In this document: positions 36,425 through 45,759 of the stretch, piece after piece
How positions within the stretch are numbered: the stretch's first letter is position 1
Layout of the letters: every line of letters begins with the position of its first letter
NCBI GenBank assembly: GCA_004298065.1
Contig: SCRL01000006.1
Span: forward strand, 28,975 to 92,974
Direction of reading: 5' to 3'
Length of the DNA stretch: 64,000 bases
Source of the DNA: Gammaproteobacteria bacterium
GTDB taxonomy: Bacteria > Pseudomonadota > Gammaproteobacteria > Acidiferrobacterales > Sulfurifustaceae
The notes under the pieces: model-generated
What the model saw: only the letters and a program-made list of their open reading frames with translations
The model's database searches: none
What the model was told of the DNA's origin: nothing
Translations under genes and position numbers: made by a program

Positions 36425-37200
36425 GCGTTTTCCCCGGCGGATTTCTTGCGGCAGCCGCGTTGCAGCGCGCCACGTGGCCGATCCGGATTGCGCACCAGCA
36501 GCAGCGAGAGGTAGTTTACTTTCTCGCCGCGCAGCCGCGCCACGTCGCGCACCACGCGCTCCTCGGGCGTGCCGACCTTTTCGAGAAAGCAGCTCTTGGC
36601 GAGCAGACCGCGGCGTACGAGCAGGTCGATCAGGTCGTCGAGCAGCGGCTTGACCTTGAGCAACACGAGCGTGTCGAACTCCGGTAACAGCCGCTCGACG
36701 GTGTCTACGCCGTAGCCGGCGGGCAGGATCGCGAGCGTTTCGTCGCTCTCGGCGAGCGGCTCCCCCAGGTGCGCGGCGGAGGCGTGGTACGAGGGTACAC
36801 CGGCGATCGTCTCCACCTCGATATCGCCGTCGAGCGCGCGAATGCTGCGCACGAGATAGGTGAAGGTGGAATAAGTGGAGGCATCGCCCTCGACCAGGAA
36901 CGTCACGTCGCGGCCGGTGGCCAGGATATCGAGCGCGGTCTGCGCCGCTTGCAGCCAGTAGCGCGCCAGGATTGCCGTGTCATGGGTCATGGGAAAGACC
37001 AGCGGCGTGTGCGCCGCGGGCAGGCTCAACCCCGCGCGTCGGACGATGTCGAGCGCGTAACTGCTGTCGCCCTGGCGGCGCACCGGATAGGTCCAGTGCG
37101 CCGGACCCTGCAGGGCCTCCCAGGCGCGGCGCGTGATGAGTCCCGGATCGCCGGGTCCCAGCGATACTCCCATCAGCCTGCCTTTTTGCGGGATACTCAT
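36421..37200 (-). CDS. cbiL: precorrin-2 / cobalt-factor II C20-methyltransferase
   Basis: GVSLGPGDPGLIT methylase N-terminus. The start at Met 37200 forms an ATGA overlap with the upstream stop. Confidence 0.88.
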   Translation of the reverse strand: MSIPQKGRLMGVSLGPGDPGLITRRAWEALQGPAHWTYPVRRQGDSSYALDIVRRAGLSLPAAHTPLVFPMTHDTAILARYWLQAAQTALDILATGRDVTFLVEGDASTYSTFTYLVRSIRALDGDIEVETIAGVPSYHASAAHLGEPLAESDETLAILPAGYGVDTVERLLPEFDTLVLLKVKPLLDDLIDLLVRRGLLAKSCFLEKVGTPEERVVRDVARLRGEKVNYLSLLLVRNPDRPRGALQRGCRKKSAGENA

Positions 37201-38480
37201 GGCTGTCCTCGTTGTGCCGTGACAATCCACACTGGGTTTTCCGCCGCCAGCCGGTGCATGTCGAGAATGGGGCGGCTGCGTGCGGCTTGCAGTTGCGTCA
37301 CGTCCCAGGCCGCGCCGGTTTCCTTCAGGGTTTCAATGGCGGCGGCCAGGTTCTCGAAGGTCGCGAAATTCATCACCAGCGTGTCGCCGGTTTTCAGGCG
37401 CGAGATGCAGAGCCGTATCAGGTCTGCCAGCTCGCCGCCCGAGCCGCCGATAAACACGGCGTCCGGGTCGGGCCAGGTCTCGAGTCCCTGCGGCGCCTTG
37501 CCGTGCACCAGTGTGTAGTTGTGCACGCGCAGCCGGCGGCGGTTGTCGAGGGCGATGGCGGCGTCCTCGGCGTTCTTCTCGATGGCGTACACATGGCCAT
37601 CAGGGGCGAGCCGCGCGGCTTCGAGGCCGACGCTGCCGGAACCCGCGCCGATGTCCCAGACGATGCTGTCCGTACGCAGATGCATGTGCGCGAGCGATAC
37701 CGCGCGCACTTCGCGCTTGGTGATGAGCCCCTTGTCGGGTTTACGCTGGTGAAAGCTGTCATCGGAAAGTCCGAACAGCACTTCGCGTCGTGTCGCATCG
37801 TCGCGCCACAGCAGCACCACGTTCGGTTCGGCGAAGCGCCGACCGGCGACCTCGGCCACGGTGCAATCGGTCACCAGCCGCTCGTCGTCCCGTAACAGGC
37901 GTTCGGCGACGGCGATACGGAACCGGACATCGAGCCCCTCGCTCACCAGCATGCGCGCGATGCGATCCGGCGAGTTGTCGGGGCTGGTGAAGACCGCGAG
38001 CCGATCGTGCCGGCTTGCGGCGCGCAATAATTCGTAGAGGCCGTGCTCCGGACCCGCGCCCTCGTGCCACTCGCCGGCGTCGTGACTGTGAACGGAGAGA
38101 ATTTTCATGTCCTGCCAGGGGAGCCCGAGACGCGCGCAGGCGAGCTGCACCGTGGACACGTTGGGCATGACTTCGCAGGCCTCGATGCACAGCCGCGCCT
38201 GGAGAAAGCCGGCGATGCCGTGGCACAGCGGGTCGCCGGTGGCGAGCACCACCACGCGCCGGTCCTCGGCCTGCGCGGCGCGTATCCACTCCGGCACCTG
38301 ACTGAGCTTGCCGGTGAGATCGCGGCGTTCGGCGTGCGGCGCTAGCCGGCTGGCGAAGAGGTCGAGCGTGCGTGCGCCGCCGATGACGAGATCGGCGGTT
38401 TCGATGTGCGCCAGCGCGCGCGGCGAGAGGCCGTCCGCGCCGTTGTCGAGCACGCCGACGATGCGGCAGGGATTGTTCAT
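37197..38480 (-). CDS. precorrin-6Y C5,15-methyltransferase (decarboxylating), fused CbiE-CbiT
   Basis: An N-terminal tetrapyrrole methylase domain plus a C-terminal SAM-MTase domain (WDIGAGSGSVGLEAA). The start MNNPCRIVGV at 38480 has an ATGA overlap. The 605-aa ORF in the track is an over-extension. Confidence 0.88.
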   Translation of the reverse strand: MNNPCRIVGVLDNGADGLSPRALAHIETADLVIGGARTLDLFASRLAPHAERRDLTGKLSQVPEWIRAAQAEDRRVVVLATGDPLCHGIAGFLQARLCIEACEVMPNVSTVQLACARLGLPWQDMKILSVHSHDAGEWHEGAGPEHGLYELLRAASRHDRLAVFTSPDNSPDRIARMLVSEGLDVRFRIAVAERLLRDDERLVTDCTVAEVAGRRFAEPNVVLLWRDDATRREVLFGLSDDSFHQRKPDKGLITKREVRAVSLAHMHLRTDSIVWDIGAGSGSVGLEAARLAPDGHVYAIEKNAEDAAIALDNRRRLRVHNYTLVHGKAPQGLETWPDPDAVFIGGSGGELADLIRLCISRLKTGDTLVMNFATFENLAAAIETLKETGAAWDVTQLQAARSRPILDMHRLAAENPVWIVTAQRGQP

Positions 38481-39586
38481 GGCGTGTTCCCCGTGGCCTC
38501 GGCGATTTTCTTTCCTTCGAAATCGCAGACCAGCACCTTCAGCTGAAACTTGCCGGGATAACGGCCGGCGAGCGTGTCGATCACGCGCCGCGCGAGCGCG
38601 TGGTAAAACGCATCGCCCAGGCCCAGCGCCTCCAGGCGTTCGGCGGCGTAGCGCGCGGTTTCGGCGGCACGGATGTCCGCGCACACCTCGGCCGGCGCGC
38701 CCACGGCGGCGGCGATGTCCGCCACCAGTTCCGTGTCCACGGGATTGCGGCCGGCGTGGGTGATGGTTTCGCCCTGGGCCATCTTGGTGAGCTTGCCTAC
38801 CATGCCGCCGATCACCACGTGGCGAATACCTTCCTCGACCGCCGTGTCGAGCGCGTAGCGCAGGAAATCGCCCATCTGCACGAAGCACGCGGGCGGCAAC
38901 TGCGGCAGCTCCTGCATGACGAATTTCTCCGTGCGCCCGCCGGTGGTGAGCACCACCGTATCCTGGCCCTGCCTCGCCGCCACCTGAATGCCCTGGACGA
39001 CGCTGGCGCGCCAAGCCGCCGTGGAATAGGGACGCACGATGCCGGTAGTGCCGAGGATCGAGATGCCGCCGACGATCCCCAGCCGCGCGTTCAAGGTCTT
39101 TTTCGCCATCTTCTCGCCCTCCGGGACCGAGATGACGATTTCAAGCCCCATCCGCTTGAGCAAGTCGCGGGCCGCGGCGCGCACGTTTTCCTCGATGTTG
39201 CGCCGCGGCACCGGGTTGATCGCCGGGCCGCCGACTTCGAGCCCCAGACCCGGCATCGTGACCCTGCCCACGCCCGCGCCACCCTTGAGCATCACGGTGT
39301 CGGGCACCTCCAGCTTCAGGTACGCGTCGGCGGTCAGGTGCGCGCCGTGGGTGCAGTCCGGGTCGTCGCCGGCGTCCTTGACGACGACGGCGTGCGCCCA
39401 GTGCCCGTCGCAGCGGCCGTCGGCAACGGCAAAACGGACGATTTGCTCGTTCGGCAGATGGCAGTCGATTTCGTCCGGCACTCGTCCGGTGGCCAAGCCG
39501 AGCGCCGCCGCCCGCGCCGCGGCCGCCGCGCAGGCGCCGGTGGTGAAGCCGGTGCGCGTGCCTTTCTTTTTCGTGGTCTCCATCAA
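38477..39586 (-). CDS. cbiD: cobalt-precorrin-5B C1-methyltransferase
   Basis: 369 aa with GFTTGACAAAAA at the N-terminus and GGISILGTTGIV, both typical of CbiD. Confidence 0.9.
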   Translation of the reverse strand: MMETTKKKGTRTGFTTGACAAAAARAAALGLATGRVPDEIDCHLPNEQIVRFAVADGRCDGHWAHAVVVKDAGDDPDCTHGAHLTADAYLKLEVPDTVMLKGGAGVGRVTMPGLGLEVGGPAINPVPRRNIEENVRAAARDLLKRMGLEIVISVPEGEKMAKKTLNARLGIVGGISILGTTGIVRPYSTAAWRASVVQGIQVAARQGQDTVVLTTGGRTEKFVMQELPQLPPACFVQMGDFLRYALDTAVEEGIRHVVIGGMVGKLTKMAQGETITHAGRNPVDTELVADIAAAVGAPAEVCADIRAAETARYAAERLEALGLGDAFYHALARRVIDTLAGRYPGKFQLKVLVCDFEGKKIAEATGNTP

Positions 39587-39599
39587 GGCTGGGGCGTCC

Positions 39600-40262
39600 T
39601 CATGCCTTCCGCCGCGCCTCGGCCAGCGCCAGCAGCGCGTGCAGCGCTGCCACCGCCAGCGTCGAGCCGCCCTTGCGGCCGTCGGTCACGATCCAGGGAA
39701 CGTCCGCGCGCGCGGCAAGCGCCGCCTTCGATTCTGCCGCCGACACGAACCCGACCGGCATGCCGATGACGAGCGCCGGGCGCGCGCCTTCCTCGCGAAC
39801 TAGGCGCACGGCCTCGATGAGCGCCGTAGGCGCGTTGCCGACGGCGACGATGCCGCCGTCGAGCAGGCCGAGGCGTTGCGCCTTGCGCATCGCCTGCACC
39901 GCGCGCGTGCTGTTATCGATGCGCGCCTGCGCGATCACGTCGGCGTCGGCGATAAACTGGTGGGTGGCCACGCCGAAATGCGCCAGGCGTGGTTGCGACA
40001 AACCGGAGAGAATCATCTCCACGTCTGCCACGATCGGTCGGCCGGCCAGGATGGCCTCGACGCCGGCACGCACCGCATCTGGATGGAAGCGTGTGAGGCC
40101 GTTGAACTCGAAGTCGGCGGTAGCGTGGATCATGCGTCGCACGATCGGCCACTGCTCGGGGGTGTAGCCGTGCGGCCCGGCCTCGCGGTCGATGATGGCG
40201 AACGACTCGTGCTCGATGTCCCGGCCGGCGCGGGTCAGTTGTTCGGTCACCGTCGCGTTCAT
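39600..40262 (-). CDS. cbiC: precorrin-8X / cobalt-precorrin-8 methylmutase
   Basis: IVRRMIHATADFEF, VAVGNAPTAL and GMPVGFV motifs. The start MNATVTEQ at 40262 has an ATGA overlap. Confidence 0.9.
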   Translation of the reverse strand: MNATVTEQLTRAGRDIEHESFAIIDREAGPHGYTPEQWPIVRRMIHATADFEFNGLTRFHPDAVRAGVEAILAGRPIVADVEMILSGLSQPRLAHFGVATHQFIADADVIAQARIDNSTRAVQAMRKAQRLGLLDGGIVAVGNAPTALIEAVRLVREEGARPALVIGMPVGFVSAAESKAALAARADVPWIVTDGRKGGSTLAVAALHALLALAEARRKA

Positions 40263-41140
40263 GACACGTGTGCCTCCTCGGCATGAGCGGGATGGAGCGG
40301 GTGGCGATGGTCCCGATCGTCGTGACGATGACCGTGGCCATGTTCTGCGGCCAATGCGCGAACCTTGCAGCCGTCGCAGGGCATGAGCGCGGGGTTGATA
40401 CCGGCACACGCCGCGCGCACGCGGTGCTCCACCAGTTGGAAAATCTCTTCCTCGGAACCGAAATAGTCGCCGCGTGCGAAGCGGATGCGCGGATATTGCA
40501 TCTCGAGATGCTCCACTTGGCGCTTGATGCGCCCGATCAGTGTGCCGGCGAAGAGGTAATAGGGCAGCACCACGATCTGGGTCATGCCGCACCAAACCTG
40601 CCGCTGCACCACGCGTTCGAGACGCGGATAGGTGATGCCGGTGAAGGCGACGTCCACCAGCTCATGGTCGCTTTCTTCCTGGAGCCAACGCGCCATCTTC
40701 GCCACCTCGCCGTTGGCCATGCGGTCCGACGAGCCGCGGCCGAGCAGGATCACGCCGGTGGTCGTGGGGTCGGGCACGTCGAGCGCGCGCATGGCCGCGT
40801 GCAGCCGCCGTTTCAGGATGGCGAGGATCGAATCGCAGGCACCCAGATGCGGTGCGTAAATGAATTCCGTCCATGGATGTCGTGCGCGCGCTGCCTCGAT
40901 ATGTTCCGGGATTTCCATTTTCACGTGGCCGGCGGCGTTCAGGATCAGGGGCACGACGATGACGCGACCGCCGCTGCGCGCCAGGCCTTCGTCGACCAGC
41001 GGCGTGGCGAACTCGATGAAGCACGCTTGGACGTTCCAATCCGGTTGCCGCGCGCGTAAGGTTCGCGCGAACTCTTCGATCTCGCGGTTGCCGGCGGCGT
41101 CTCGTGAGCCGTGACCTATCAGTAAGATCGTTTCGTTCAT
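40259..41140 (-). CDS. cbiX: sirohydrochlorin cobaltochelatase, long form with Cys/His-rich tail
   Basis: Two CbiX repeats (LLIGHGSRD, ILLGRGSSD), a C-terminal MPCDGC motif and the His-rich tail HGHGHRHDDRDHRH. Start MNETILL at 41140. Confidence 0.88.
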   Translation of the reverse strand: MNETILLIGHGSRDAAGNREIEEFARTLRARQPDWNVQACFIEFATPLVDEGLARSGGRVIVVPLILNAAGHVKMEIPEHIEAARARHPWTEFIYAPHLGACDSILAILKRRLHAAMRALDVPDPTTTGVILLGRGSSDRMANGEVAKMARWLQEESDHELVDVAFTGITYPRLERVVQRQVWCGMTQIVVLPYYLFAGTLIGRIKRQVEHLEMQYPRIRFARGDYFGSEEEIFQLVEHRVRAACAGINPALMPCDGCKVRALAAEHGHGHRHDDRDHRHPLHPAHAEEAHVS

Positions 41141-41186
41141 GATGCCTCCTTCCCATTGCGCAAGGCACGCATCCGGGCCGTGTCCG

Positions 41187-42539
41187 TCAGCCGAGCGCAT
41201 GTTTGAAAACCGTCTCCGTGCCCTCGTCCCAGCCGTCCCACAGGTAGTCGTCGGCGATCCCATCGGCGATGAGGCGAAAGGCATAACGCACCTGCTCCTT
41301 GTAGAAGCCGCAGAAGGCACCGGTGCGGTCCATGCCGCCGTTCATCTCATGCGCCTCCGCCGGGCAGGGGGAGCCGCAGAAATGGCGGATGGCGCAGTCG
41401 CGACAGGGCGCGAAGGCATCCACGTCGCGGCCGGTAACGAGGCGGAAACCCTCGGAATCGAGCGCCGCCTCCGCGCCCGATTCGAACAGGTTGCCGCCGC
41501 GGAAGCGCGACAAGCCGATGAACTCGCTGCACGGGTAAAGACCCCCATCGGCGGCCAAGGCGAAGAAGGCGCGGCCGCCGCCGCAGGGCGAGATGTCGCA
41601 CATCAGACGCCGCGCCGTCGGTGCGAGGATGGCGATGAGAATGTTAGCGAAGTTGGCGACCACCAGCTTGCGCCCGGTCTCCCGGTACAATTCGTGGCTG
41701 CGGTCGAGGGCGGCGATGAAGGCGCGCGCCATATCGGGGTCGGCCGGTTTCACGCCGCGAGCCCCGGGCAGGGTGCAGCGGACGGTGTTGAGCATGCAGG
41801 TGGGCACCTCGCGGGCGTGGAACAGCTCGATCATCCGCGGCAGATGGGCGAGGTTCTCCGTCGTGCACGTGGTGATCACGCTCCACGCATCGTAGCCGCG
41901 CAGGGCGTCCATCGCCGTCAGCACCCGCGCGTGCACGCTGCGGCCGGACCAGGTATGGCGGGTCGAATCGGTGATCGCGGCTTCGGGACCGTCAAGCGAG
42001 AGGCCGATGCTGACCTCGCGGGCGGTGAGGAAATCGATCGCCGCCCGGTCGAGCAGCGTGCCGTTGGTCTGGAGGCCGAAGATGAAATCGTCGTCGAAGG
42101 TCTCGATGGCGGCGAACACCGCCTTGCGGTTCATCAGCGGCTCGGAACCGTGGAAGATGATCCGCGGCCGGCGCCCCTCGGGCATCACCGTCGCGAAGTA
42201 GCGACGCAGCTTGTCCAGTGCCGCCAGCAGCTTGTCTTGCGGCATATGCCCGCCGTCGCGACGCATCTTGCCGGGCAGGTAGCAATAGGTGCAGTCGAGA
42301 TTGCAACGCTCGGTGGGGTTCACGTAGACAGCCGACGGCTTTAACCCGAAGCGCAGCGCATGCAGCTCGCGGGCGAAGTCACCGGCCTTCTCGCGGTAGG
42401 CGTCGAGCAACGGACCGCCGGCCAAGATGTCGGCAACCTGCGTCTTGTCCACCAGCGCCCAGAAGGCGGTGCCGGGATCAGTCAGCGCCATGTAACGGGC
42501 GTGACCGATGTCCACCGGCGTCAGAAGAGGTACCGTCAT
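41187..42539 (-). CDS. radical SAM / SPASM-domain peptide-modifying enzyme
   Basis: CNLDCTYC (CxxxCxxC) radical SAM cluster motif. The C-terminal SPASM cysteines are CDISPCGGG ... YPC ... CRDCAIRHFCGSPC ... FCGFY. An N-terminal extension of about 70 aa precedes the core. Confidence 0.88.
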   Translation of the reverse strand: MTVPLLTPVDIGHARYMALTDPGTAFWALVDKTQVADILAGGPLLDAYREKAGDFARELHALRFGLKPSAVYVNPTERCNLDCTYCYLPGKMRRDGGHMPQDKLLAALDKLRRYFATVMPEGRRPRIIFHGSEPLMNRKAVFAAIETFDDDFIFGLQTNGTLLDRAAIDFLTAREVSIGLSLDGPEAAITDSTRHTWSGRSVHARVLTAMDALRGYDAWSVITTCTTENLAHLPRMIELFHAREVPTCMLNTVRCTLPGARGVKPADPDMARAFIAALDRSHELYRETGRKLVVANFANILIAILAPTARRLMCDISPCGGGRAFFALAADGGLYPCSEFIGLSRFRGGNLFESGAEAALDSEGFRLVTGRDVDAFAPCRDCAIRHFCGSPCPAEAHEMNGGMDRTGAFCGFYKEQVRYAFRLIADGIADDYLWDGWDEGTETVFKHALG

Positions 42540-42685
42540 TTCACCTTTTTCCGATCCATCAGCACGTAGTGCGAGAGACCAACCCCGTCGGGGTTGCAGC
42601 TCTTGCGCACGGCGATGGTCGGTGCTGGCGCCGCCGGGGCGATGGGGACGGTTTGCTGGCGTTGCTTGGGCTTGGTTTTCTGCAT
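42536..42685 (-). CDS. 49-aa candidate precursor peptide for the adjacent radical SAM enzyme
   Basis: MQKTKPKQRQQTVPIAPAAPAPTIAVRKSCNPDGVGLSHYVLMDRKKVK. An AAGGAGA Shine-Dalgarno lies 6 nt upstream of the ATG at 42685. Its stop overlaps the rSAM start (ATGA). Confidence 0.6.
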   Translation of the reverse strand: MQKTKPKQRQQTVPIAPAAPAPTIAVRKSCNPDGVGLSHYVLMDRKKVK

Positions 42686-42708
42686 GGTCGTCTCCTTGTG
42701 AAAGAGGA

Positions 42709-43497
42709 TTATCGTGTTGCCGTCTTCATGCCCTTGCGGAAACGGTGCGTGAATGCGACGTCGTACAGCTTGGATTTTTTCAGCTCCGGCCACCGGCGCG
42801 CGCCCAGTGCAGGGCTCACGATAATCATGGCCTGGCTCGCGATCTTCTCAGCGCGGCACTTGTCGCGGATGTCGGCGAGCGTGCCGCGGACGATTTTTTC
42901 CTCCCCCGGCCAGCTTGCCTTGTGCACCACCAGCACCGGGCTGTCGTCACGCCAGCCGGCCGCGAGCAGCGCTTCTTTGACCTTGTGCAGCAGCGTGATG
43001 GAAAGAAACAGGCACAGCGTGCAGCGATGTCGCGCCAGCTCCTCCAGCGATTCGCCCGGCGGCATGGGCGTGCGGCCCTGGAGGCGGGTAAAGATCACCG
43101 TTTGCGTGACCTCGGGCAAGGTCAGGCTTTCGACCGCCGCCGCCGCAGAGGCCATGGCCGAGGATACGCCGGGTACCACGCCGACCTCGATGCCGGCGAT
43201 ATCCAGCGGCTGCACCAGCTCGATCAGCGTTCCATAGAGCGTGGGGTCGCCGGTCTGCAAGCGCACGACGGTGTCGTGCGCTTGCGCCTTGCCGATGAGC
43301 CACGCGCTGATCTGCTCCAAGGTCATCTCCTTCGAATCCGCGATCTCGCAGCCTGCCGGCGCGAAGCGCGTAGCGACTTCCGACACCAGCGAACCGGCGT
43401 ACAGGATGGCGCCGGCGCGCGCGATCAGGTCGCGGCCCTTGACCGTGATCAGCTCCGGATCGCCCGGACCCGCGCCCACGAACCAGACCTTGCCCAT
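42709..43497 (-). CDS. cbiF: precorrin-4 / cobalt-precorrin-4 C11-methyltransferase
   Basis: MGKVWFVGAGPGDPELITVKG, GDPTLYG. The true start is at 43497; the 611-aa ORF in the track is an over-extension. Confidence 0.9.
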   Translation of the reverse strand: MGKVWFVGAGPGDPELITVKGRDLIARAGAILYAGSLVSEVATRFAPAGCEIADSKEMTLEQISAWLIGKAQAHDTVVRLQTGDPTLYGTLIELVQPLDIAGIEVGVVPGVSSAMASAAAAVESLTLPEVTQTVIFTRLQGRTPMPPGESLEELARHRCTLCLFLSITLLHKVKEALLAAGWRDDSPVLVVHKASWPGEEKIVRGTLADIRDKCRAEKIASQAMIIVSPALGARRWPELKKSKLYDVAFTHRFRKGMKTATR

Positions 43498-43505
43498 GCT
43501 CGGCC

Positions 43506-44159
43506 TTACGCGAGCCTGAGCCCGTGCACCGCGAAGCAGAAGCGCACCCACGGCCGGTGCTCGTAGCGCTTGAGCAGCCGCAGGGTCGCATAGGTGAACA
43601 CCGGCTCGAACGCGACCACCGCGAGATACGACGCGGCGAACGCCGCCCAGGCGGCGAACGGCGTGGCCACGTCGCCCGCCAGCAGCCAGAAGCCGACCAT
43701 GGCGGTGACGCCGCCGTAGTACATGGCGTCGAGCCTCAGGATCGTGCGCCAGCCGATGCGGTGACCGTTGGTCGTCTCGCGCAGCGTGCGGCCAAGCGTG
43801 TAATGCACCGCGATCAGCGGCAAAACCAGCGACAGCGAGTTCACCGCGAGATGCACCAGGTCCGCCGGCTCGAACAGCAGGCCCTGCAGCAGCAGGCCGG
43901 CCGCGAATCCGAATAGTGTCGGGAGGAAGCCGAGCGTCAGGTAGATCGCCATGGCGCCGACGAAGTGCAGCTCCGACGGCCCAACGCCCACGTGGAAACT
44001 CTGCATGAAGAGCGAGAAGAATACTGCCGCGAGCAGCGTACGCAGAATGTCCGCCGGCCGCCGGAGCAGGTCCTTCGCGTACCAGCCCAGTACGCTCACG
44101 GCGCCGGCGTTGGCCAGCATGATTTTGGTCTGGGCGATGAAGCCGGGTTCGATGTGCAT
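43506..44159 (-). CDS. CbiM/NikM-like metal (cobalt) uptake membrane protein
   Basis: The MHIEPGF N-terminus (Met-His metal-binding start), a polytopic membrane profile and its position in the B12 operon support the call. No cbiN/Q/O genes are nearby. Confidence 0.7.
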   Translation of the reverse strand: MHIEPGFIAQTKIMLANAGAVSVLGWYAKDLLRRPADILRTLLAAVFFSLFMQSFHVGVGPSELHFVGAMAIYLTLGFLPTLFGFAAGLLLQGLLFEPADLVHLAVNSLSLVLPLIAVHYTLGRTLRETTNGHRIGWRTILRLDAMYYGGVTAMVGFWLLAGDVATPFAAWAAFAASYLAVVAFEPVFTYATLRLLKRYEHRPWVRFCFAVHGLRLA

Positions 44160-44180
44160 GACGATCTCCTCTGGGTGATT

Positions 44181-45527
44181 TCAGTTGACGGCATTTCCCG
44201 ACCGCGTCGCGTCGGGCATGAACAGGCGCGCCGCTGCCTCGGGGTTCGACGGAAAATAAAGATGCAGATAGGCCGCGTGCAGCCGCCCGAGGCGGTACAC
44301 CGGCTCGCCGCGCCGGCCGGCACGCGCGCCCTCGCTCCAGGCGACGGGCGCGAGCGGGCTCTCCATCCGCGAGTAGTGAAACGTATGGCCGCGCACCGTT
44401 CCCTCGGGCAGCGCGACGCAGTGCATCCCGAGACTCGCGAGCCGTTCCTGCATGACCGCGTGACCCGGTAGCAGGCTGAGCAGCTTCGCGCGCCGGCCGT
44501 GCACATCGGTGAGCGATTCGAGGAGATACAGCATCCCGCCGCACTCGGCGACTATCGGCTTGCCGGCGGCGTGGTGGGCGCGGATCGCGTCGGCCATGGT
44601 GCGGTTGTCTTCCAGCTCGGCGAGGTGCAATTCGGGATAGCCGCCGGGCAGATACAGCGCATCGACCTCGGGCAGAGTGTGGTCTGCGAGCGGCGAGAAG
44701 AAGAGAAGCTCCGCGCCGAGCGCGCCCAAGAGATCGAGATTGGCGCGATAGAGGAACGAGAATGCCGCGTCGCGTGCGCAGGCGATGCGCACCCCGGCCA
44801 GCCGCTTCGGCGGCGTCACCGTTTGCATCCTAGGCTCCGTAACCGGTGCAAATTCGGCCGGCGCGGGCAGCGTGTCGTTCGTCATGACGAGCGACGCGGC
44901 GGCGCGTTCGATGCGCATATCGAGATCGGCGATTTCCGTCGCCTGCGTCAGGCCCAGATGCCGTTCGGGCAGTGCGATCTCGGTCGCGCGCGGCAGCCAG
45001 CCGAGCAGGGGCAGCCCGGGCGGCAGGCTCTCGGCGAGCACCCGATGATGGCGCTCGCCGGCGAGGCGGTTGGCCAATACACCGGCAAAGGGAAGATCCT
45101 TACGATACGTCGCGAGCCCATGCGCCACGGCGCCGAAGGTCTGGGCCATGGCCGAGCCGTCGATCACCGCGAGCACCGGCAGGCCGAACCGGGCGGCGAG
45201 ATCGGCGCTGGAGTTGTCGCCGTCGAACAGGCCCATCACGCCTTCAATCAGGATCAGGTCGGCCGCACCCGCCGCTTCATATAATAAGGATCGGCAGTGC
45301 TCCTCGCCGCCCATCCACAGATCGAGCTGATAGACCGGGTTGCCGGAGGCCCGCTCCAGGATCATCGGGTCGAGAAAATCCGGCCCGGTTTTGAACACGC
45401 GCACGCGCAGGCCCCGATCGCGGTAGTAACGAGCGAGCGCGGCGGTAACCGTGGTCTTGCCCTGGCCCGAGGCCGGTGCGCTGATCAACAGGGCCGGGCA
45501 GAGGCGCATGTTCTTTCCGTGACTCAC
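44181..45527 (-). CDS. cbiA: cobyrinate a,c-diamide synthase
   Basis: ISAPASGQGKTTVTAAL P-loop and a C-terminal glutamine amidotransferase domain (CGGMLYL). An alternative start at Met 45509 is possible. Confidence 0.9.
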   Translation of the reverse strand: MSHGKNMRLCPALLISAPASGQGKTTVTAALARYYRDRGLRVRVFKTGPDFLDPMILERASGNPVYQLDLWMGGEEHCRSLLYEAAGAADLILIEGVMGLFDGDNSSADLAARFGLPVLAVIDGSAMAQTFGAVAHGLATYRKDLPFAGVLANRLAGERHHRVLAESLPPGLPLLGWLPRATEIALPERHLGLTQATEIADLDMRIERAAASLVMTNDTLPAPAEFAPVTEPRMQTVTPPKRLAGVRIACARDAAFSFLYRANLDLLGALGAELLFFSPLADHTLPEVDALYLPGGYPELHLAELEDNRTMADAIRAHHAAGKPIVAECGGMLYLLESLTDVHGRRAKLLSLLPGHAVMQERLASLGMHCVALPEGTVRGHTFHYSRMESPLAPVAWSEGARAGRRGEPVYRLGRLHAAYLHLYFPSNPEAAARLFMPDATRSGNAVN

Positions 45528-45759
45528 CGATCACCGCCTCCCGGTCCAGCGCGGCGATGTATCCCGCGCGCACGGCGTGTTGCACCGAGCTCTCGTCTCG
45601 GGGAAGCAGCCTTCGATGCGGTGGAAGCCGCCGTTTAAGATCGGGAACGCCGTTGGCGGACAGCGTTTTTGCATGTTTTCCCCTCCGCGCGCGCCCGCGC
45701 GATAGCGTCCTGGCCGATCCGAAGGTCGTGGAGGGAAAAAACGAACGGGCGTGGTCAGA

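Noticed and set aside
37197-44544. Very long ORFs (605, 611, 353 and 331 aa) in the cobalamin operon with Arg/Gly/Pro-rich N-termini
   Set aside because: These are upstream extensions in the frame of real genes that run through the preceding gene in another frame. Internal Met starts with ATGA coupling give canonical-length CbiE/T, CbiF, CbiX and CbiC.
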